From positions 180,053 to 244,052 of IMG/VR virus record IMGVR_UViG_3300025009_000050: a stretch of DNA of 64,000 nucleotides; one strand, given 5' to 3'. This document shows positions 40,750 to 49,981 of the stretch, one piece after another. The number at the start of each line of letters is the position of its first letter. The stretch's first letter is position 1. The notes under the pieces were generated by a model. That model was not told where the DNA came from and did not search any database. It was given only the letters and a program-made list of their open reading frames with translations. Made by a program: the position numbers and the translations under genes.

Positions 40750-41107
40750 GAAAATAGATTATCCCCATTTAAGTCAACATGAGCGTGCCGTGTTCTCATT
40801 AGTCAGGGGTTTAGACGAATACGGTACCTGCGTATACCACAGAGTTGAAGGTTACGTAGTTGATATTCGCTATGGACTTCGTGTAGGACCGACACATACC
40901 ACTGTTAATTTACCACCACAGAAAGCAAAAGCTTCCGTGTTTTTCGGTAAGTTATCAAGGTGCAGGGAATGTGTTCATCCGTATGAGTTGAAACAACTAC
41001 GTGATGACTATACCTACGATAATGGCACTATGAAGCGCAAAATGGCTAATAGAGCATCTTCTGCCCTTGAAGATGCTGCAAGGGCAAAAAGAACACGTCG
41101 TAGGTAA
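40715..41107 (+). CDS. Basic hypothetical protein
   Basis: SD aaggag. Confidence 0.5.
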   Translation: MRKTAEQILRVKKIDYPHLSQHERAVFSLVRGLDEYGTCVYHRVEGYVVDIRYGLRVGPTHTTVNLPPQKAKASVFFGKLSRCRECVHPYELKQLRDDYTYDNGTMKRKMANRASSALEDAARAKRTRRR

Positions 41108-41506
41108 TAGTATATAGTTCCTCTGTGGTAAATGGGGTAGAGTTAGCTATGCTCTACAAGGTGGGTGGGCAAGAAAAGTATTTAGCAGGAGGAGGGTTGC
41201 CTAGTCTTTCCGCAATACAGCATCATTCAATATACACAGTCTAAACATACTAATCGTCAGAAAAGGGGTTTTAACAATCATGCTCCAATATTCACAGCAA
41301 CATTATAACACTGCAAGACCTAGTAGTACCGTAATACCGAATGCCTGCGGTGTAGGCGTTCTACTGCGCCCCGATAACTTGTACCCGCGCATCGTCTTGA
41401 TCTTCGTATAACCAACATTTAGCCCATAGGAGGTGAATTGGGTCAGCTCATGGCGCTATAGTCCATGTATAATGGTCGATAAATAATTAATTAGGAGGAC
41501 GTGGGT

Positions 41507-41671
41507 ATGCATAAAATTGATGATGAGCTGTTAAGGATATCACGTTATATCAGCGAGTACGTTGCTGATCCCAGTGGAAGAGATCCTCTGCGTGTGCTCG
41601 CCACTATAGCAAAGAATGCAAGTAAAATTACTAGGAAGGAAGTGGAGAAGAGAAAACTAGCAATGCATTAA
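41507..41671 (+). CDS. Small hypothetical protein (54 aa)
   Basis: SD aggagg; followed by gccctcatatgagggc hairpin. Confidence 0.5.
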   Translation: MHKIDDELLRISRYISEYVADPSGRDPLRVLATIAKNASKITRKEVEKRKLAMH

Positions 41672-41787
41672 TCTTGGCCCTCATATGAGGGCTTTAACCT
41701 GGAGGAGGTGAAACAGGTTAATCAACTAGCTAGTGGTCGACATGCAGTTGAAAGACTGACATAAAATTATATTGGAGGAATTTAATA

Positions 41788-42381
41788 ATGAAAAACATTA
41801 AAGGCGTAGTAATCGTGAATAAGAATGGCAAGGAAATGAATGTGACTGATGTGCAGAAGGTCGCGTTCCTCACTATCACAAAGATATTCGAGGATAATGA
41901 ACAGCATAAGGCTGTCCGCATGATCAATAGCCAGACCCGTGGTCTTCAGGACGATATCAACGATGAAGACGATGAGGATACTATCGATCAATTACAGGAA
42001 GAGCTCAACGCCATCGATTGGGCCATGGCTAAACGTGCCCGTGGTTATGAGGTTAAGAAGGGCATTGTTGGTTCAGCATTAAAGAACCTGAAATGCACGG
42101 TTGATTACCGTACAAAGTGCAAGGAACTTGAGAAAGAACTGGAAGAAGTCAAGGATGAGAATGAACAACTCCTTGATGCTGCCGAAGAGTTACTAGAACA
42201 GCGTGATGCTCTTAATGAGCACTGTGCTGATCTTAAGAAACAAATTGCCGAATTAACCAAACAGTTAGAGGATCTTACTGCTCCTACTGTTAAACCTAAT
42301 GCTACAGTTAAAGATAATAAGAAACGCACTGAGAAATTACTCCAGCAGATCGAAGCTGGTACACCTGAATTTGATAGCTAG
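41788..42381 (+). CDS. Acidic/coiled-coil protein, paralogue A
   Basis: Aligns with 42461-42982 over ~90 N-terminal residues. Confidence 0.7.
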   Translation: MKNIKGVVIVNKNGKEMNVTDVQKVAFLTITKIFEDNEQHKAVRMINSQTRGLQDDINDEDDEDTIDQLQEELNAIDWAMAKRARGYEVKKGIVGSALKNLKCTVDYRTKCKELEKELEEVKDENEQLLDAAEELLEQRDALNEHCADLKKQIAELTKQLEDLTAPTVKPNATVKDNKKRTEKLLQQIEAGTPEFDS

Positions 42382-42399
42382 ATAATCAGTCGGCATTAA

Positions 42400-42432
42400 C
42401 CCCTAGCATGCCAAATGCATTTGTGCTAGGGG
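42400..42432 (+). terminator. Intergenic hairpin
   Basis: cccctagca...tgctagggg. Confidence 0.45.
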
Positions 42433-42460
42433 AAATTAAAATATATTAGGAGGAATATCA

Positions 42461-42982
42461 GTGAAAAAGTTAACAGTTGTTAGTTCAAACGGTATAGTAT
42501 TGCGCAAAGTCACTGAACTACAGGCAGAGACCCTACTTGAGGTCATTAGGTTATTCGACAAGAATAACAAGCGCAAGGCAAAGAAACTCATCTCAGAGAT
42601 CGTTGAGGACCTTAACGAGGAACTCGAAGATGTTGATGACGAGGATGAAGAAGAGTCCATTCTCGAAGAGATAGAAGCCTATGAATGGGCTTTAGAGAAG
42701 TATGAGGATGGCTATGAAGTTAAGTCCACTAGTGCTTCTCATGGAAGGATTGTCAATGATGTTATATTAACCACTAAGAATGTATTCAGCGCAATAGCTG
42801 ATGTATTGAGTGAATCTAGGACAACCACATCTAGAAGGTCAGATGCTGCAGAGGTTAAACGCCTCAAGAAGAACTATGAGAACCTGAAGAAGGATTTCAT
42901 AGCACTTGTAGAGGAGCAGGAAACTAAGTCTAAGCGCAAGAAAAAGAAGTCAAGGTTGGATAGCTTACTTGACCGTATATAA
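42461..42982 (+). CDS. Acidic/coiled-coil protein, paralogue B
   Basis: LEDVDDEDEEESILEEIEAYEWA..GYEVK. Confidence 0.7.
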   Translation: MKKLTVVSSNGIVLRKVTELQAETLLEVIRLFDKNNKRKAKKLISEIVEDLNEELEDVDDEDEEESILEEIEAYEWALEKYEDGYEVKSTSASHGRIVNDVILTTKNVFSAIADVLSESRTTTSRRSDAAEVKRLKKNYENLKKDFIALVEEQETKSKRKKKKSRLDSLLDRI

Positions 42983-43074
42983 GTAGCTTGAGCCCAGGAG
43001 TAACATCCTGGGTTTTCTGGTGCTTATGCACTAATATTGGGTGGCGACCTAACCGCCGAAAGGAGTGTGTCCAC

Positions 43075-44973
43075 ATGACACAAACCATATTAGCAAATCT
43101 CAGCAGAGAGAATGCTGAGGAGAAGATCAAAGCTTTATCCCTGGAAGCCAGAGAGTTAAAGTCCAGGGACGATCTTACACAGGCACAAAAGAATGACCGC
43201 CTGTCGCAGATCCATTCGGTGATTCTTCTACTGAAGGACGCTCATAGTAAACACGTTGGTACCGATGTATCAACTAAGAAGGAGGTGTCAGTCAAATATT
43301 CATCAGTTGATATTGGTGAAACCCCACTGGAGAAGATCCAGGAAATTACTACTGAAATAGTAGTAGTTGATGCTGAGGGATTTGGCTCGAAGCCAATGCG
43401 TTCCTTCACGTTTGACAAGCGTGATGCAGAGGGAAAGAAAACTGGAGAGAGAGGAACTGGACACCTACATGGTAGACTCTTGGTTCAACTACCTCCTGGA
43501 GTTGTTACCACTGGAATGTTCTACCGCTTTGGTAGTAAGAAGGAAGATTGGGTGTTGATAAAGGATATTGATGCCGCAACACTCAATTGTGTACCTGTAC
43601 GCAGGAAGGAAGGTTTTATTAAATCCGAGGGTACTGGCCTTTGGGTATTAGAAGCCATGAGTTGGGATGATGGCCCAGTAATGTGTGGCTTCCCGACTAG
43701 GAAGTCTAAAACCGATGGGAAATATTATAGTGACGTATGGATCACTAATAGATTCCAAGCGCTTGATCCAGCTTATTGCGGGAAAGGTGCACCAGTAGTC
43801 CAGGAGGTGAATGCCTGCCTCACTGCCATCGCCAATATGTTTAAGGGTACACATACCATTCATGATGGTAGTCCTGGAGTATGGCCTGATGGTGGTGTAA
43901 AAGTTCAGAGTTGCGTAACATGCGTGAACTTCAAGCGCATGTATCCTGATCATGAAGGGCACATGTTCTTATCCTTATCTGATTATACAATATCAGATAA
44001 GAAGAGGACAGGCAAGGATGCTAATAGCAGTAGTGTGTGTTGCATGACACTCACTAATCCTATGCTGGATGCTGAGAATGTCCGCAATGAGTGGGCATTC
44101 AGAGATAAAGAGGATGTCAATGCAATTATAGGTCATAAGAGGTTGGAGGTAGTTGATGCTACCACTGGTGAAAAGAGATATGAATACGAGTTGGATGAAT
44201 ACGGCAATCGCATACCAATATATGGTTATGGTGCTGTTGGAGGTGCAACATACCGTTATCCATATGGTGGAAAGATTGTGAACTGGACTGGTTTACTCTA
44301 CGATGTTGGGACCAAGATGGGTGGAAGCTGCCCATACTATAGGTTTAGCGGTCCTAGTGGTAGAATTCCTGGCTTATGGCATAGAGATTCATGGAACATT
44401 GAACATAAGATCGCTGCATTCACTGAGCGCATTCCTAAGGGTGCTAGTATCCCGTCATGGAGCATTGGTCTTCCTGGTGATGGTCATGGAATCAATGCTG
44501 AATACACTGGACGTGTGATGTTTAATACCGGGCATGGTATATACATCACGATTATACCTGAGCTATTCGAGGTAGTCAGGGATTTGAAGACTGTCAAGAG
44601 TAAAGTTGAGAATAATTTCGTTAAACCTACTCCTTATGACATACAAGGTAGAGAGAGGGAGCAATTCATTAGTGATGTACTCGGCATATTCTCTGAGTAT
44701 ATCTTTTCTAATATTGTTAAGTCAACTGATGAGTTACTCGTTGACTTAGTACCTATGGTTGAGGATATGCCTGCTGCACACCACAAGGAACTCGCCATAG
44801 CATTGGATGATGCAACTAAGGCTAGAGATTTCCTAGTCCAAGTTGCGGACAATATTGTGAAAGGCTCAATATTACCAGACAAAGGAGTTGAGGCCGTCTA
44901 TGAGTGTGTAGAAAAGCTGCATCCTGTCTTTCGAGATAAGATGTATGCTCTATTCACCAGTCTTTGTGGCTAA
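43075..44973 (+). CDS. Large hypothetical protein (632 aa) with Cys motif CVTC...C...CPYY
   Basis: SD aaggag before ATG 43075. Confidence 0.7.
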   Translation: MTQTILANLSRENAEEKIKALSLEARELKSRDDLTQAQKNDRLSQIHSVILLLKDAHSKHVGTDVSTKKEVSVKYSSVDIGETPLEKIQEITTEIVVVDAEGFGSKPMRSFTFDKRDAEGKKTGERGTGHLHGRLLVQLPPGVVTTGMFYRFGSKKEDWVLIKDIDAATLNCVPVRRKEGFIKSEGTGLWVLEAMSWDDGPVMCGFPTRKSKTDGKYYSDVWITNRFQALDPAYCGKGAPVVQEVNACLTAIANMFKGTHTIHDGSPGVWPDGGVKVQSCVTCVNFKRMYPDHEGHMFLSLSDYTISDKKRTGKDANSSSVCCMTLTNPMLDAENVRNEWAFRDKEDVNAIIGHKRLEVVDATTGEKRYEYELDEYGNRIPIYGYGAVGGATYRYPYGGKIVNWTGLLYDVGTKMGGSCPYYRFSGPSGRIPGLWHRDSWNIEHKIAAFTERIPKGASIPSWSIGLPGDGHGINAEYTGRVMFNTGHGIYITIIPELFEVVRDLKTVKSKVENNFVKPTPYDIQGREREQFISDVLGIFSEYIFSNIVKSTDELLVDLVPMVEDMPAAHHKELAIALDDATKARDFLVQVADNIVKGSILPDKGVEAVYECVEKLHPVFRDKMYALFTSLCG

Positions 44974-45137
44974 TCACAGGGGCGCGGGGGCGCAAGCCCC
45001 CGCTAATAAGGAGAGGGGCAGGGAGGACGTGAGTCCTCCCTTTGTTCATTTCTCCTACCATTTTGCCGTTACCGAGCGAGCGTAGCGAGCGAGGTAAGGA
45101 AGGGCCAGGGAAACCATAGGTGTACCCTGCGCTGTGA
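44974..45137 (+). other. GC-rich multibranched structured element
   Basis: Closing stem tcacag/ctgtga, two GNRA hairpins and a GA-GC-GA-GC-GTA-GC-GA-GC-GA hairpin. Confidence 0.65.
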
Positions 45138-45174
45138 CAACTGAATACAAAATAATATGAGGAGGTCATTTAAA

Positions 45175-46527
45175 ATGACTAAGAAAAACACTGTACAATT
45201 TCCTGAAATGATTAACGAAAGCACTGTAACTGATGTTGAGCTGGTTGTTCCCGTGCCTAGTATGGATGAGATTATTGCTAAGTGCATGGGTGCTGGTACT
45301 AAGATGAATCAGCATGATTTATTCAAGGGTTATGATACCCTTAAGATATTGGCTCCTGGTCTGTTCTTGCTCCTCTATGGTGGTAATGCCTATTATAGCA
45401 GTGATGCTGGGAATGTCGCGTTAGATGCTAGATTCAGAGTGGCTATGGTTAAGGGTCCTGTCCACTCATTGCTGGTTGAAATCCCTTATCGCTTAGCCCA
45501 TAGTGAATGGGAAATGGGCGAGTTAATTAATATGTTGGTTGACCGTGCAGAAGAGTTAGCAGCTCATCACGGTTTAACTGAAGTTAATAATACTAAGGAG
45601 GCTACTACTATGAATTCAGTAACTGAGGCTCAAACTAAATTGGCTGCATTAATCAACAATAATAAGGGGGAATCCACAATGACTAACGCTATGACAAATA
45701 ACATCCAGAACAAACTCAACCAACTTACAGGTGCTACCAAAGATGCTACTGCACCTGCTACCAATGGCGCTACCACCACTGCTACCGTTGATGTTAAGAT
45801 CAGCGACAAGACCATAAGTGCTAAAGGTGGTAACATGGCCAGTGCACTTGCTGCCTTACGTAACAGCACTGCTACCACTCGTCCGACCATTGGTGCTGCT
45901 GGTAGGCCGTCCATTACTGGTATGTTGAGTAGTGCTGGTGCTACTGGCCGTCCTGACACTGCTGAGATTGCAGCTGATTATGAGGCTGGAGCATTTGATG
46001 GTGACTATACACCTACTATGGGTGCTGGTGCTACATTAAAGAACAAATTGTGGTACTTAGAGCGTGGGTCATTATTCGTTGGTCCTAAGCAGATCGATAT
46101 GAGTATGGTGACTGATGAACAAATCAATGAGGAGTTGGGATTTATTACCATTGGTGATCAGCCCATCATGAAATTCAAGAGTGTAACTGAAGCACTCGTC
46201 AAGAATGTTGGCTGGATGACACGTGATGGTCATCAGGTAATATTATCCATTCGTGGAGTAGCAGGTGATGCTGAAGACTATGCCATAATTCAGGAGACTG
46301 ATGAGCTTGGTCGTATGTACGTCCGTCTCTCTGGTATATATGCTAGAGTAGAGAAGAAAGACAAGGACGGCAACCCTATGTTGGATGACAAGGGTGAGCA
46401 AGTTGTTGACTACTACTTCAAGAGAGCTGGTATGACTCATCAGATCTATGCGCAAATGTTAGGCTATGCTCATAAGCGCTTAGTCAACTACTTGACTATC
46501 AAGGCTGCTAGAGCAGCAAGAGTATAA
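45175..46527 (+). CDS. Hypothetical protein with Ala/Thr linker and two internal in-frame starts
   Basis: SD ggaggt at 45161; internal SD+ATG at 45610 and 45679. Confidence 0.7.
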   Translation: MTKKNTVQFPEMINESTVTDVELVVPVPSMDEIIAKCMGAGTKMNQHDLFKGYDTLKILAPGLFLLLYGGNAYYSSDAGNVALDARFRVAMVKGPVHSLLVEIPYRLAHSEWEMGELINMLVDRAEELAAHHGLTEVNNTKEATTMNSVTEAQTKLAALINNNKGESTMTNAMTNNIQNKLNQLTGATKDATAPATNGATTTATVDVKISDKTISAKGGNMASALAALRNSTATTRPTIGAAGRPSITGMLSSAGATGRPDTAEIAADYEAGAFDGDYTPTMGAGATLKNKLWYLERGSLFVGPKQIDMSMVTDEQINEELGFITIGDQPIMKFKSVTEALVKNVGWMTRDGHQVILSIRGVAGDAEDYAIIQETDELGRMYVRLSGIYARVEKKDKDGNPMLDDKGEQVVDYYFKRAGMTHQIYAQMLGYAHKRLVNYLTIKAARAARV

Positions 46528-46625
46528 CATATTAAGTTAATTGTGACATACTAATACGATTATCTCTATATAGGGAAATACCGTATTAGTATAACACATT
46601 AGTAATTAGTATAACACATTAAGAT

Positions 46626-46790
46626 ATCCTAGTTGCTTTGATTTAAGGCCCGTACAGTAGCTAATTTTCACTTCAGGACTCGTAATACCTGAAGTGGAGT
46701 TAGCTCATGCTGTAGGGCATCCTGGTGAGAATTAAGGGCATTGTGAGCTAAGCCTTCGGCTATATCATAGGCTTTCAGCTACAATAGGAT
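46626..46790 (+). ncRNA. Candidate structured ncRNA
   Basis: Long G-U-containing hairpins 46648-46718 and 46740-46785; closing stem atccta/taggat. Confidence 0.45.
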
Positions 46791-47028
46791 TTGAATGCGG
46801 CACTAGTGTATATGTGTGTATATATTTATGATGTGCACTTATAGTCTTATATATAGCATAAGGAGGTGATATAATGTTACAAACTGTTGTACTAATAATA
46901 ATAGCAGTCATTCTATGGAAGATACTCTGTAAGATGTAATGTTAGTCCCTATATAGGGAGAAATCTGAGAATTATCTGACAATTCCTATATAGGGAAGAT
47001 ATTAATATAAATATATAGGGGTGATAGC

Positions 47029-47253
47029 ATATATAGTATAACTAGTAAGTGTCCATACTATAATGATGGTATGTGCAATAGAAAGTGTAGGGCATTACTA
47101 AACTATAAGGGAGAAATAGTATATACACTTAAAGATATGATTATAGAGGACTATCATATATATAAGTGCTGTATAAACTGTGCTGACCTTAGTAATGGGT
47201 GCCATTGCCTCAGGATTGGTGATAAATTGATTGAGATTAGAAATACTCTCTAA
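47029..47253 (+). CDS. 8-Cys miniprotein family member 1 (probable ATA start)
   Basis: IYSITSKCPYYNDGMCNRKC...CCINCADLSNGCHC. Confidence 0.65.
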   Translation: MYSITSKCPYYNDGMCNRKCRALLNYKGEIVYTLKDMIIEDYHIYKCCINCADLSNGCHCLRIGDKLIEIRNTL

Positions 47254-47435
47254 ATGAGAGGGAGATACCCTGTAAGGCAATATGAAGCTCTGTCCGGTGA
47301 TAAGTGGCCATAAGTAGTCCTGTGCCCTATATAGAGGAGAAAATATATAGTTATCTAGGCTATATAGTAGATATATAGTATGAGAGATATGGCCTTAGTT
47401 CTAATGGGTGCATGAATAGTTACAGGAGGTATATA

Positions 47436-47630
47436 ATGCACAGTATCTACAATGTAACTAATAAGTGTATATGGTATGATAACGGTATGTGTAAGTTTAT
47501 GTGTAGTATACCATATGGTAAATACGAAGGTATGGCATTTGAGGATAGTCCTGCTCCATGTTGTATAAATTGCGTTCATCTCAGTTACAGGTGTTGTTGC
47601 CAAAAAATAAGATTTGTGATACAGCATTAG
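47436..47630 (+). CDS. 8-Cys miniprotein family member 2
   Basis: CIWYDNGMCKFMC...CCINCVHLSYRCCC; SD aggaggt. Confidence 0.7.
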   Translation: MHSIYNVTNKCIWYDNGMCKFMCSIPYGKYEGMAFEDSPAPCCINCVHLSYRCCCQKIRFVIQH

Positions 47631-47845
47631 GAGGAATGTAACATAGCAGATACACTGGCGTACGTCATAATGATTATAGCATTACTAATAATGATAGGCC
47701 CACTTATTGTATCACTAGTATGTAAGGGAAAGATTAGTAATGAGCAGCTTATACGTATGTATGATTGTATTATGTGCTCCATTATCATTCTGATAGTAAC
47801 TATGATTATATTCTGTATAATATACGATACGGGAGGAGTGATATA

Positions 47846-47989
47846 ATGGAATATGATAAGAATTGTGAGACTAGTATACCTATGAAAGACGAATGTAAAG
47901 ACACTAAACCAAAGTGTTGTAGGAAATGTACCATAGATTGTAGCGAACCATGTGATGCATGGTATGAAGAATGTTTTGGGCCAGATTAG
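47846..47989 (+). CDS. Small Cys-rich protein
   Basis: MEYDKNC...KCCRKCTIDCSEPC; SD ggaggagtga. Confidence 0.5.
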   Translation: MEYDKNCETSIPMKDECKDTKPKCCRKCTIDCSEPCDAWYEECFGPD

Positions 47990-48022
47990 TTGTCTACATT
48001 CTAATCACTAGGAAGTGATATC

Positions 48023-48151
48023 ATAGATGTATTTAACATAGTGACTAAATGTACTAGCTTCAAGAACGGTATATGTAATAGAAATTGTTGTGGCTGCAGC
48101 ACCAAAGATATGGGAGGATACAATCTATCCATTGTGTACAGGCAATGGTAA
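48023..48151 (+). CDS. Truncated 8-Cys family member 3 (ATA start)
   Basis: IDVFNIVTKCTSFKNGICNRNCCGC. Confidence 0.45.
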   Translation: MDVFNIVTKCTSFKNGICNRNCCGCSTKDMGGYNLSIVYRQW

Positions 48152-48219
48152 TGAAAAATGTAAGACATGCTCACTATGGATAGATTTAGATTATAATAGG
48201 TATGAATAGGAGGTCCATC

Positions 48220-48774
48220 ATGCTTAAAATAGGCAAATTCAATGGTTGCGGAAATTGTCCTGCATGCAAACATGATAGTTGTGTAGGTAAGGAAATCCCA
48301 GTTACTATTACATTCATTAAGGATGAGTATGCCGATAACTGTGGTAGATTCGTGGTAGTATTCAGAAAGGGCGAGAAAGTAAAGGCTATGGCCCGTGTTC
48401 TGGATGACACTATCCACTGTGTAACTGCTGAGAGCAATATATACAATGGATATTCAGATTATGTGTCCTTAGACAATGTTGTTGTCGTTGGATGTAATAT
48501 AGAGTACATTGCAAGCATCTACCAACAGCCTATGATGTTTAGTGATTATCAATTAGTGTATACGGATAAGGGTGAATTCACGCCTAATCCTGATAATTAC
48601 CCGACTGAGGAACTGGCAGAACACTTATTCACTAAATTTAATGTATATCGTCCTGATGACTATAGGGGAAGATCCATGTCTGTAGGAGATATCATTAAGG
48701 TTACGATGACTGATGGCTCGTGTACACTCAGTGATGTGTTCATTGTTCAGTTATCTGGATTCATAAAGCTATAA
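48220..48774 (+). CDS. Protein with C-terminal YodL-like domain
   Basis: LAEHLFTKFNVYRPDDYRGRSMSVGDII. Confidence 0.7.
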   Translation: MLKIGKFNGCGNCPACKHDSCVGKEIPVTITFIKDEYADNCGRFVVVFRKGEKVKAMARVLDDTIHCVTAESNIYNGYSDYVSLDNVVVVGCNIEYIASIYQQPMMFSDYQLVYTDKGEFTPNPDNYPTEELAEHLFTKFNVYRPDDYRGRSMSVGDIIKVTMTDGSCTLSDVFIVQLSGFIKL

Positions 48775-48983
48775 TGTATGACATAACTAGTAGGTGTGTC
48801 TACTTTAAAAATGGTATGTGTCGTCTACCATGTATGAAAACGTTACTTGGTACGACTACAATAAAGTATAGTGGCCATGCATCTGATATGTATGAGTATA
48901 AATGCTGCGCTAATTGTGTGAACGTTAGCGCAGATTGTGGATGTTATAAAATGAGATTACACATGAGGAATAGTAATGTATGA
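48774..48983 (+). CDS. 8-Cys miniprotein family member 4
   Basis: CVYFKNGMCRLPC...CCANCVNVSADCGC. Confidence 0.7.
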   Translation: MYDITSRCVYFKNGMCRLPCMKTLLGTTTIKYSGHASDMYEYKCCANCVNVSADCGCYKMRLHMRNSNV

Positions 48984-49182
48984 CATAACTAGTAAATGCC
49001 CATACTTCTATGATGGAAGCTGTAGAATGCCTTGTAAAACTATTTGCGGCATAACATTAAAATCTTATTCTCGTAGAAGTGATAAGCATAGATATAAATG
49101 TTGTATTAATTGCGCAAGTCTCAGTTATAGATGTGGTTGCGCTTATCTAAGGGAGGCGTGTGGATGGATAAAGCAAGAGTGA
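48976..49182 (+). CDS. 8-Cys miniprotein family member 5
   Basis: CPYFYDGSCRMPC...CCINCASLSYRCGC. Confidence 0.7.
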   Translation: MYDITSKCPYFYDGSCRMPCKTICGITLKSYSRRSDKHRYKCCINCASLSYRCGCAYLREACGWIKQE

Positions 49183-49700
49183 TTACTACACTGAGGTGTG
49201 ATAGGAAGTGTCCTAACTGCTCAACTACCGATATGATTGGTAGGGCAAAACTCATTTCAAATCCAAATGATCTCCTAGATTATAAGGAGATCATTATCAC
49301 AGGTGGTGAGCCTTGTAAGATACCTAAAAATATATTAGAATTTGTACAACGGCTCAATGATGTAAAATACAATGGTAAGGTTTATCTCTATAGTGCATTG
49401 TATAATAATGAGCTTAGAGATTTCTATAAAGTAATATTCAGATACATTCACGGACTACACTATACAGTCCATTATGAATCCACTGACGCTGATATTGTTG
49501 CTTTAAAACAACTGTCAGAAGTTCTTATTCAGTACTGCCCAGATTATATTTCATTACGTTTATCAATTGACAGTAGATTGTATGATAAGTATGACTTTAG
49601 TAATATTAACTTTAATGGGTGGTCAGTGGTCAGGAAACTACAGTGGAAGGAACACTGTCCATTGCCGCCTGGTGAAGAGTTACTACTTTATTTTTTATAA
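49164..49700 (+). CDS. Minimal radical SAM protein
   Basis: CDRKCPNC (CxxxCxxC) and ITGGEP. Confidence 0.75.
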   Translation: MDKARVITTLRCDRKCPNCSTTDMIGRAKLISNPNDLLDYKEIIITGGEPCKIPKNILEFVQRLNDVKYNGKVYLYSALYNNELRDFYKVIFRYIHGLHYTVHYESTDADIVALKQLSEVLIQYCPDYISLRLSIDSRLYDKYDFSNINFNGWSVVRKLQWKEHCPLPPGEELLLYFL

Positions 49701-49981
49701 GGAAGAAGTGTTAGATATGTTTATATTGATTTTAGAGATATTGCTTACAGTAACAATTACTGCATCCATAGTAACTTTCCTATTACATCAATTTGGGATG
49801 TTAAAGGAAAAATTATTCAATATTGCAGTCATAACATGTGCAGGTTCATTTGTATTCATAACTGGGTTATTAATGATTTTTGGAGATTAGTTATGCCACA
49901 AGTATGGTTAGAGTCCCGAAGTAGTTGATGGTCTATGCACTAATTGTAGCTTTGAGAATTTAGTCCAAGGAGGAATATGCA

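Larger units (their letters stand above)
46548..47340. repeat. Cluster of CCTATATAGG palindromes plus 17-bp direct repeats
   Basis: Copies at about 46563, 46946, 46983 and 47325; attagtataacacatta at 46585 and 46605. Confidence 0.7.

Noticed and set aside
46520-47360. CRISPR array or DGR template/variable repeats
   Set aside because: Repeats are short and irregularly spaced with no constant spacer length; no cas or reverse transcriptase gene in the window.
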